Assembly: GCF_000181795.1 (NCBI RefSeq)
Contig: NW_003526944.1
Location: forward strand, 3,952,934 to 4,016,933
DNA length: 64,000 nucleotides
Direction of reading: 5' to 3'
Source: Trichinella spiralis
Lineage: Eukaryota
The notes under the pieces are model-generated. The model was not told the DNA's origin. It searched no databases and saw only the letters and a program-made list of their open reading frames with translations. Both the position numbers and the translations under genes were made by a program. Numbering within the stretch: position 1 is the stretch's first letter; every line of letters starts with the position of its first letter. Positions 25,172 to 35,022 of the stretch are shown here, one piece after another.

Positions 25172-26223
25172 ATGCTTTGCCTGATTGTATTCACCGCCTC
25201 CCTGCATAGTTTGCTACTACAATTAGCTGCCGCAGCTGGTAAGTTCCCATGATCCCGCTTCAACAGTGCACAATGACTTATTTCAAAATTGCAGAATGCA
25301 GCTCAAATTCGGATTGTGGAAGTCAAACGCTGTGTTATAAAAATAAATGCGTTCCAGCAATGCCGGTTGGTGGAGATTGTGAAAGTGATTACGATTGCAA
25401 TATATCCGAAAATCACTACTGCGTTTATGGTGTTTGCATGACTTATGCTTACGTGACAGAAGGTCAGTTGAACAAACGACAAATAAGCTTTATTCACATT
25501 AATTCAACTGAACCATTAAAACAATTTTAGACAAACCTAATTATAACCAAAAATGCGACAATCATTATGACTGCAGTGGTCAAAGGGTGTGCAAAAATTA
25601 CAAATGTGTCGCAGCATATGCGACCCAAAGAACTTGCTCATATCCTGCAGAGTGTGAATTAGAAGAGAAATGCATGGACAGATTGTGCTTCAAAGCTTAT
25701 GTTCCCGGTGGTAAAAAAAATATTTTTTGTAAAAAATTCAAAAGTCAAATTCTTAAATTTTACATATTCATCAGTTTAGGCAGCAATAATAATAATAATA
25801 AGCCGAGTTTTCCACCTCCAACGCCCCCAATATATGTACCACAGTGCAAGCAGCATGAACAATGCCCAAACAATTACCTTTGTAAAGATGGAAAATGCAA
25901 ATATGCCGTTCAGGTTGGAAATATACGATGCTCTTATGATAAACAGTGCGGAGAAACCGGTGGTTGCAAATATGGCTATTGTTACTTTTGTAATTCTTTT
26001 TTTTAAATTAATTTCCACAATTACGAAATCACAAAATTTAGACAAACACGAAAATGAAAACAATAACCCTGCTTGTACAAAGCATACACACTGTCCGGGC
26101 TACGAACTCTGCTTAAGGAAACAGTGCGTTCCTGCAAGTACATGGGGAGTACAATGTGACAATTTTCAATCTTGTCCACCAGGAAACATTTGCAAAAACG
26201 GTCTATGTTTATTTTATATTTAA
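25172..26223 (+). CDS. Secreted Cys-rich protein D: signal peptide plus four 8-Cys modules; paralog of C
   Basis: ATG 25172 MLCLIVFTASLHSLLLQLAAAA then gtaag. Exons ~25294 (CSSNSDC...YGVCM), 25531 (CDNHYDC...DRLCF), ~25780 (CKQHEQC...YGYCYF), ~26042 (CTKHTHC...NGLCLFYI*). Confidence 0.9.
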
Positions 26224-26935
26224 ATATAGTCGTGCGATATGTTTTGCAAAACAAATATTAAAAAAATAATAATAAACTGCGTTGTCATATTGCATCATTG
26301 TACATTGAAAATTGTTTTGCCAGTATTGCAAAGTGACAAATTGAAAATGAAAAAATATTTTTTAACTTAAAAATATGCATTTACAATATTTAATAATGCA
26401 AGTATAGCACAGACAATAAATAAAACTGCTTCATTTCACCTAAATCAACAGTTTCCAAGTAGTTGACAAATGAATCAGACAAATTACTATTAGTATTTTC
26501 TAAAATTAAATTAAATTAAATTAAAACAATCACCATTCAAAACAATCATTATGAAATCGTATGCAATATAAATATATAGCATATTACAATGTATACATCG
26601 TGTCAAGTACAAATACAGCTCGAAAAAAGAAAGTATCATTTGCACAAGTGAAACTGTTCACTGCTAAACTTGAAATTTATAACACAAATATTAGAAGATT
26701 TGCTTAATTAGAAAAATTAACATAATCTTCGTTCATCAAATCATAGTATCAAAACAAACATTACCATTTTTCCAGACAATGTCAACACTAGCAGTTCAAT
26801 CATTTTTGTAAATGTTGTTTGTATACTGCTTGGTAATAATGTATTTAAAAAACTGTCAAAGCTGAAAAAGATCACATTCTGACGAGCTGAGAAGATTCCA
26901 GAATTCTGGTATTCAAAAACCACATAATTTGAATC

Positions 26936-27559
26936 ATGTACAAGATTGCAATTTTTCCGTTAGTGTTGGCCAGTTTTTACATAAGTACTATGGCGCAGCG
27001 TAAGTAGTAGATGATAATATTCGTCACTTATTTAACACTGTTTTATTCTGATTTTACTTTTAGCTTGCAATAAGCATAGTGAATGTAGTGGTCAAGCAAT
27101 GTGTGTTAGCAGCAAATGTGTAGCAGCCAAACCTACTGGACCAAATTGTGACAAAGATTCAGAGTGCAAAGATTCAGAAGCCTGTATTTATGGAATATGT
27201 ATGTCTCCGGCAGAAAAGCCACCCTGTAAGTGAATTCTCAAGTGCATTTTATGTAAGACAAATTATAAAACACACAAAACTGACTAAAACCCCAGTTCAA
27301 ATTACCTTACTTTGTCAACAGTATTGCTAAATGAACCATAGTTGAAAGAACAAATAAGAAATTCATTCATAAAAATTAATAACTGCTTTCAGCATCAAGC
27401 AAAGGCTGCACTAATCATTACGATTGTGAAAGTCAACAAGTCTGTCATAAGCAAAAATGTGTTTCTGCTTATTCGACCGGCATTAGCTGCAAAAATAATG
27501 GCGGCTGCATTGCACAACAAGTATGCCGTTTCGGCGTATGCTGGGCAGCTTATTTATGA
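26936..27559 (+). CDS. Secreted Cys-rich protein E: signal peptide plus two 8-Cys modules
   Basis: ATG 26936 MYKIAIFPLVLASFYISTMAQ then gtaagt. Exon from 27064 CNKHSECSGQAMCVSSKC...CIYGICM; exon from 27393 CTNHYDCESQQVC...RFGVCWAAYL, TGA 27557-27559. Not captured in frame by the ORF track. Confidence 0.88.
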
Positions 27560-28512
27560 GTCGTGAAAATTCTGCAAGACATGAAATCAATCCTCTCCAA
27601 TCGTTCACAATCGAAATCACTAATCTTAATATTTATAACCATTTTAAACAACTGCCGAAAAGTCAAAAGTTGCATTTACGAAAAAAATTACCCTTTTAAA
27701 AATGCAACTTTAACGTCAGAATAAATTTCAAACCGAACAACTCGATAATAAATAAAATAGACTAGTGTTGATTTTGAACACCATTTTATGATTTGCGTGT
27801 GTGCATGACGCGCCAATATACCTTACGCGAGCAGATTTGATTACGTGCAATCAGACTTTGCTCAGAGAAAAAAAAATCAAACACGTTACTTACGCAAATA
27901 TTATTACTTCACCATGACTTGACAATTCTACAGCCTGCAATCAGTGAATAAGTTATTGTTAGCATTATGAATTCTGAGCACAGGGTATTTAAAAAGGAAA
28001 AATAATAAAAAGCAAATCATACAGAATATCAAATCAGCTTCAGCAAACGCAAACGGTTCAACAATTAAACTTATTGGAAGTTTGTGTTTCAGTAAATAAA
28101 ACTACTCACTTATTAAAAATCCATCCATTACATTGAAATTAAACATTTCCACAATTCGCTTTGCAATAAACATATCACCTGCAGTTTATAGTTTCACAGT
28201 ATCACTTACAAGAAAGTAGGTTCATGTGGAAATTGAAAAAAAATGGGTCAACTATCACTGGATAAATAAACATGTATATAATTTATTAGGTAATATGTCA
28301 GTTGTTAAATTTCAATTATCAAGAACAACTTGTAAAATTTTTCTAATCGAATCAAATTCTACAATTCTGCAAGTTCAATTGATCATGAATTTATTGAAAA
28401 CATATAATTACTCAGCATTGCTGTAAAAATCAATATTAGAAATGAACTGTTTGAGCAAAAATGCAGTCTGTAAAAACACCAGCCGAATGGAGCAGAGCAT
28501 TTGCTCTGCTTA

Positions 28513-28770
28513 TCAAAGCCGACCACCGTTATTAATAATGTCGATTTCTTCTTGAGTCAATTTCAGTCGCTGAAAATTACCAAATTTCGAACCAGAAGTA
28601 TGAGAAGTCGCATCTTTACGCAACAGAAGATTTGCGGAGAGAATTTTGTCACTGCCACCGGTTTTTGTGGACTCAGCTTTCGAATCAACCGCAGCTTTTC
28701 TATGTCTTCCAAAGCGAATCATCGGTATACGTACCGCAACGGAACAACGATTGAAAACGGTGAAATTCAT
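28513..28770 (-). CDS. MRPS36: KGD4/MRPS36-like adaptor subunit of the mitochondrial 2-oxoglutarate dehydrogenase complex
   Basis: 85 aa with N-terminal RIPMIRFGRHR (cf. human HTPLIRFPDRR) and C-terminal RLKLTQEEIDIINNGG (cf. RKLVSQEEMEFIQRGG). Confidence 0.8.
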   Translation of the reverse strand: MNFTVFNRCSVAVRIPMIRFGRHRKAAVDSKAESTKTGGSDKILSANLLLRKDATSHTSGSKFGNFQRLKLTQEEIDIINNGGRL

Positions 28771-29771
28771 TCAATGAATTAAAGCCTAAAATCACGTCAC
28801 TTTCAACATAAATAAACAATTCATTAAATTAAACCTAGATGCTAAAATGACACTGCTTAAAATTATCACATCTGCAATCAAATTTCAACGCGTTCAATAG
28901 ATCAACAGTCCTCTAAAGCACTCGTCATTATTTCAATTCTTTAAATTATAAAAAAAGACAATAAATTATTTAGATAATTAGATAAACTAAACTAATCAGG
29001 GAAGATACTTTGTCGCAATTTGGCAAAAGCTATTATCAGAGTATGGCTGTTAGTAAAAATATGAAAACAATTCTGAACACATCTAGCCATTGTTGACATC
29101 ACTTTTCAATTTATTATGCCTTGAAAACAGCAAACAGTCATCACAGAACTACTAATAAATCACTTGTAAATTCAAAGTAGAAGACGTCTACAATCACTGT
29201 GAAAAACATTTATCTAATTAACTACGGATTATCGAACGAAAGTCATACTTTTTCAGTACCGCACCACTACTGCGCCTTGAAAATAATAAATGCTTACAGT
29301 ATACTTGCAGAATTTAAAATTTGAAAAATTTAACTAAGAAAATTTATTTGAAGAATATTACTTCGCAGCAAAAAAGAAAATAAAGCAAATAAAAGAAACT
29401 GAAGATAAAATCGATAAAAATGATGATTTATTTGATTTTTATTACAGAGTTGTAATAATCTTTGATTTAAATTAAATGCGTTGCCTAAAATTTCAATTAC
29501 TGATCATACTGTAGTGTTATTTTTTAAAATTATTTTTTGTAAATGAACAACAGCCGACAAAATTCAATTTTCAAAAAATTTTCAATCTTCACAGTCATTA
29601 CAATACTCAAGTACTAACTCATACGGTAGTTCTGTTGAATGCTTTCAACCGTTGTTTTCTGTTTGCAAGCGAAGATAGTGTGTTGCTGTTGAATGTTGGT
29701 TCTTTTGTTCACTTCTGATTGTTTGTTCGTTTCATTTGAGAATTTCTCTTTGCTTTCTGCTATCGTCAACA

Positions 29772-31469
29772 ATGAATCGCGTTTATTCACCGGCGCAAAA
29801 ATATTTGCTCCCTTTTTTGAATGCTGCCCGATTGTTCGCCGCCGCTTCTTCGTCCGAGAACGTGTTCAGCGGTATTGATTTTAATTTGCCAAATAAGAGT
29901 GCATTTTTCAACCCAACCGACGGCAATCACTACAGCTATTGTTCTTTCCAATCGCTGGTCCATCGTCTCGGCAGCTGGCTTATAAAAGATATGCAAGTGG
30001 ATGTGGGGGATCGTGTTTGTGCCCAAGTACCGAAATCAGTTTTCGCCCTGGCGCTTTGCTACGCGTCGATGAAAATCGGCGCCATCTACGTTCCAATCAG
30101 CACGGCCCAACCGAACAGTGTGGTGAAATATTTGCTCGAAGATGCTAGACCGAAGTTGCTGCTGGTCGACGACAACCACAGCAGGGAGACAGTGGTGGAT
30201 GTACGTGGAAAACAGTTTGCAAATTTAATCAACGTCGTTGGCCAACGACAAGCGCAACTGCAATCTTCACATCACAGTGCTGATCCGTATGTTCTCGCCG
30301 TCGACTCGAATCACGTGGCCGCTTTGTGCTACACGTCCGGCACCACTGGCAGACCCAAAGGTGCCATGATAACGCACGGTAATTTAATGGATTTTTTCTT
30401 TCACAACTTTTATTGAGTTTCGTGTTCAAGGGAATTTGACATCGAACGCAAAGACGCTGGCAAAGATGTGGTGCATGAATGCCGACGATCGACTGGTCCA
30501 CGCACTGCCAATTTATCACGTCCACGGACTGTTCATCTCTTTGAATGCTTGCCTCTTTGCCGGAGGTGAGGCAATTTTGCTCGACCATTACGACTGCGAC
30601 CAAGTGGCGAAAGCAATCCCAACGGCCAACGTGTTCATGGGAGTGCCGACGTATTTCACGAGACTTGCGAAAAGGGGCTATTGTCGAGCTGACTTGTGGA
30701 AGCGCATGCGTTTGTTGGTCAGCGGCAGTGCACCGTTGACAGAGGCGACGTGGCAAGAGTACGCCCACAAAGCTGGCCATGAAATTCTGGAACGCTACGG
30801 TATGACCGAAGGGCAGGTGATCTGTTCGAATCCGTACCACGGTCCGAGGAAGCCGGGTAAATTTACTGACACAAATTAAGACAGATAAATAACTGAACAA
30901 CTGTAACAGTCAGATGATGATAATGATGTTCAGGTACAGTTGGCATGGCATTACCAGGAGTGGAGATATCCATCCGGCAAGGTGTTCTGCATTATCGTGG
31001 CGAGAATGTTTGCAAAGGTTACTGGCATGACGAAGAGAAAACACGAACCGCGTTCAGTGAAGATGGCTTTTTCAATTCTGGTGATTTAGCATCGATCGAT
31101 TCGGACGGCTACGTAACCATACTGGGCCGTAGCAGTGATCTGATCATCAGCGGTGGATTCAATGTTTATCCGAAAGAGGTCGAACTGCTGTTGGACAGTA
31201 TTTCTGGTGTGGAAGAAAGTGCCGTGGTGGGCGTGCCGCATGAAGACCTGGGCGAAGCGGTGATTGCAGTTCTGGTGATCGACCACTGTCACAAGCCAAT
31301 CACTGAACAACAAATCAAGCAACACTTGAAAGCCTACTTGGCCAATTATAAAATTCCTAAACGGATCATCTTTGTCGACCAACTGCCTCGCAATGCGATG
31401 AGCAAAGTGGAAAAAAATTTGCTCCGAGAACGCATGAAAAATATTTTTGTCGAAAATAAATCTCACTAA
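29772..31469 (+). CDS. Malonyl-CoA synthetase-like acyl-CoA synthetase (MatB/ACSF3 family); exons 29772-30378, 30431-30856, 30934-31469
   Basis: AMP-binding YTSGTTGRPKG, HALPIYHVHGLF, SGSAPL, ERYGMTE, GDLA, GGFNVYPKEVE, LPRNAMSKVEK; two in-frame phase-1 GT-AG introns; presequence-like N-terminal extension. Confidence 0.93.
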
Positions 31470-31702
31470 AATTACAACAACTAAGCAGCTTTTTTACTCT
31501 TTCACAGATGCGGTAATAAATTGAAGATGAAACACACTTTGAACAGACGAGAACATTTATCGATGGATGGATGTGAAGCTACAAAGCCAATTGAATAAAA
31601 ATACCGAAACCATATTTTTCAGCTTTTACGGGATAAGAGAGCAGCAAGCGAAAAGAGCAATAATTAAAAAATACACCAGCTAAAAAGCACGGCGAGCGAA
31701 AA

Positions 31703-33521
31703 TCATTCAAATTTGTTTTCTACGTTTGGTGTTGTTGGTTGGGATTTCGCATCGCTCGGAATGGCGCCGGTAACTTTACTCTAAAATTGCACATCCAATT
31801 AATCATTGCATGCAAATTTCTATATACCAAACAATGGACTACCTTGACGGTGGAATAGGCACTGCCAACTTTGTCTTCAAAAGATTTGAACGTTGCTGAA
31901 TCACGCAACTGCGTCAACTTGGTGGACACTTTCGAACCCATCTGTCCAAGAGCTCCGGTTGCTTGTTGCAGCAGATCGTTCGTAGTATGAAAACTGCATT
32001 AAAAAATTTCAATTTTTCAAATTAAAGCAACCCGTGTGGTAATATTCATACGCTTCCGAATCTTTGACCATTTTCATTCCGTCACTCAAATCTTGCTGGA
32101 TCTCATGCCAAGCAGTGATGCCCAATTTTTGCTTCAATTCAGACGCATGCTTCATACGTGCGAGAATAACCTGCCGAAGTGTTGCAATTTCGTCTTCAGT
32201 CTGAGAAATGAAAAAATAATTTTCAAAAATTAAAAAAAATTCAATCTCATTCATCGATGCCTCCTGCCTACTTTGCGCAACTCTTCCTTCAGTTCGTTCT
32301 TTTCCGCTTCTGTCAAAGGTACTTTGCTATCTTCTGTAGCTAAAATCAAATTCAAAATAAATTTCATCTCAAAATTAATATTTAAATAAAATAACTCCAA
32401 AAACAGAGCTGCAAAAATAAACAATTTCCAATGAGTCAATAAAATCGGACGACGCCAATGAATGAAATGAATTACAATTTTGATTTGAATTCAAATGCAC
32501 GTTACAAATTGAATTAACAATTTCAATTCGAATAGTTTGCTTTTTGAATTTGCAAATATTAAGAGAAATTCCTCTTTTATTTTTAACATTCTTGGCCACA
32601 GTTGAACAATTTCAAAATTGAATAAACAAATTAATACCAATGAAGGCTGTACTTTTGGAAATGGCAAAATGTACTACTTCTAATAAATATGTTAATCAAC
32701 GTTAGCTGATCAATAATTCATCTTGCCCGGCTTAATCATCTTGAAAGTGACAACAAAGAAACCTGCCGTCAATGCAGCACTGGATTCATCGAGCAAAAAG
32801 AAAGCCTTCCGATGCTTTTGAAGAACGTACGTACGCAAAGAAAAGTCTAATTCAATTTTGCACGTGACATTATTCCGTTTCCCATTTATGCACAGATTCT
32901 TTTCTAATAATTTTTATTTTTTGATTTTCCATTGATTTCTCATCATAGTAACATCAAATTCAAATTTTAACAACACTACACAAAAGAATAATAATCAGTA
33001 ATGAAAATGGACAAATATGGCAAATAATTATTTAGCTGAACTTGATCGAACAATTTAAACTTGGAAATAACTGGTCAAATAACTACTGCAAGTTTAAACT
33101 CAGAAACTGGTAACTGCCTATTCTGCTGTGAAGCAATAAAATAACGTTAATAAACCCATTCAACTTTTGTATGCAAACGTGCAAAACGATTCACTGCAAA
33201 CATTGACAACAGTTGAGCAAAGATACGGTGCAGCACTTGAATATATTTACTATTGGCATTTGCAGAAAGTTTATAAAATCAAAGCCTCGCAGATGGAAAA
33301 TAACAATTCAATTTATCTTGTAATTTAATTTCAAAATAAAAATTGTATTCGCAAAAATAAATAAATTAACTGTTTTGCAGAAATTTTCATTCAACAATAT
33401 ATGACAAGTAACAAAGCAAATCAACATCGAAAAAAAAAACAAATTCACTTATAGCAAATTGGGATATTATTTTAAATAAAAATATTCATAAATTACAAAT
33501 ACACTTACTTCGATTCTCCAT
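31703..33521 (-). CDS. TPD52: Tumor protein D52 family coiled-coil protein (5 exons)
   Basis: ELKEELRK-TEDEIATLRQVILARMKHASELKQKLGIT and LRDSATFKSFEDKVGSAY are D52 motifs. Putative first exon ATGGAGAATCGAA|gtaagt 33521-33509. Last exon ends ENKFE-TGA at 31703. Confidence 0.88.
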
Positions 33522-35022
33522 TTCTTGAAACAGGAAATTACAAGCGTCGGCGTAAACAATGAATTGATCGAAACAGACAATTCTGTTCTAACTGCACGAG
33601 CAACAGTCGACGGTAACTGTAGATAACTGAAAGCAAGTTACATAACTAGCACTGTTGCAAATTAATTTCTAAAAAATTAGACATTTCACGAATATTATTA
33701 AAAAATTCAAATTAATATATATTCCATTGAGAAAATAATTTTAATAAATTTCTTAAACTTAATATTATTCAATTAAATCATCTCACTGTGATTGGTCGAT
33801 TTTCTTCGTGTTGATTGGTTGAATGAATTCGAGAAATTTTGCTTGTTCAGCAACAACTAGCTGTTTCTAGTTTTCAGACTAGGATGTGGTCGAAATTTGT
33901 GATTTATGCTTTTATACATGCTGCGCAAAATTTTAACAGTTTTTTAATCTTATCAGAAATGATAAGGGAAACATGAACGCGACTGTTGTTCTTTTCAAGC
34001 AATATTAATTGATTCGTCTAATGATCAACAGTACATCTAGTGTTTTTAAGCTCTACTTTCATGCCGATGCTAGCCAATATCATATGAATTTTTAGAACAC
34101 TAATGTAAATGCAAATTTGAATTTCTTTTACATTATATTTTTCTTTCTTAAGCCTTTTTGATGTTATTCAAGATTAATAACAATACATTCAGTACTCAAA
34201 CAACAAATATAAAAAGTAGAAATCAAGATGGAATTTGCACTGATTGAATTAGCAGAAATCAATTAATTATATAATTAAACAAGACAAAAAGTAAAATTTG
34301 AAATTAAAACTAACGTAACAATTGTCAGTTGGTGCTGCCGGCATTTCAGCTATGTGGGTAATTGAAAGCAGAAGGATATTTCATCGAATATACACTGCTG
34401 AGTTGTGAAATGTACTGATCTTGACAACTAACAACTGTTGAAAATATACTCCAAAATATCATAATAGCAAGATACCTTTTGAATTTACGAATTAGTTGGT
34501 CATGTTTAGCTTGATTATCTTCAAAAAAAAAGCTTCTGCTATCCATAATATGCATTTTGACAATTTACTTCTAAACCGTGTAAAAAATACAAAATATTAA
34601 AGATTGTGAAATGGAAATTGGTTGGGACAAATGCCTTGTTCGTTGTTGGTACAGATCCGAGATCAGGTGAGGCGCAAAAAGCTGTTCTCATTACAAATTT
34701 CTTTTTGGCTTTTCAAAATACAGTTGTTTGTTTGGCTATAGAGTCGACAGAAGCGCCTCTACTCGGCTATTAAAGGTCAATCATCATTAATATTAATAAT
34801 AATATTATTATTATTACGTAAAACTTCAGAACAAAATGTTCATATGAATAATTTAAAATGAAAAAGAAGAAGAAGAAGAAGAATTAAAAATATAGAAGAA
34901 ATATACACCACCAAAAAACAACAATAACAAAAACAACAGCTACAAATAAGCATGGACAAAACTGTCGATCACTGAACTGTACGGCGACGAAAAATGACAT
35001 CGACAACAGTTTTTTTTGGGGT

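Noticed and set aside
30229..30900. 223-aa minus-strand ORF and similar antisense ORFs (43041-43555, 55105-55641)
   Set aside because: Antisense to well-supported genes, with no recognisable motifs.
29772..31469. Bacterial contamination as the source of the MatB-like gene
   Set aside because: Two GT-AG introns, AT-rich flanks and gap-free continuity with nematode genes.
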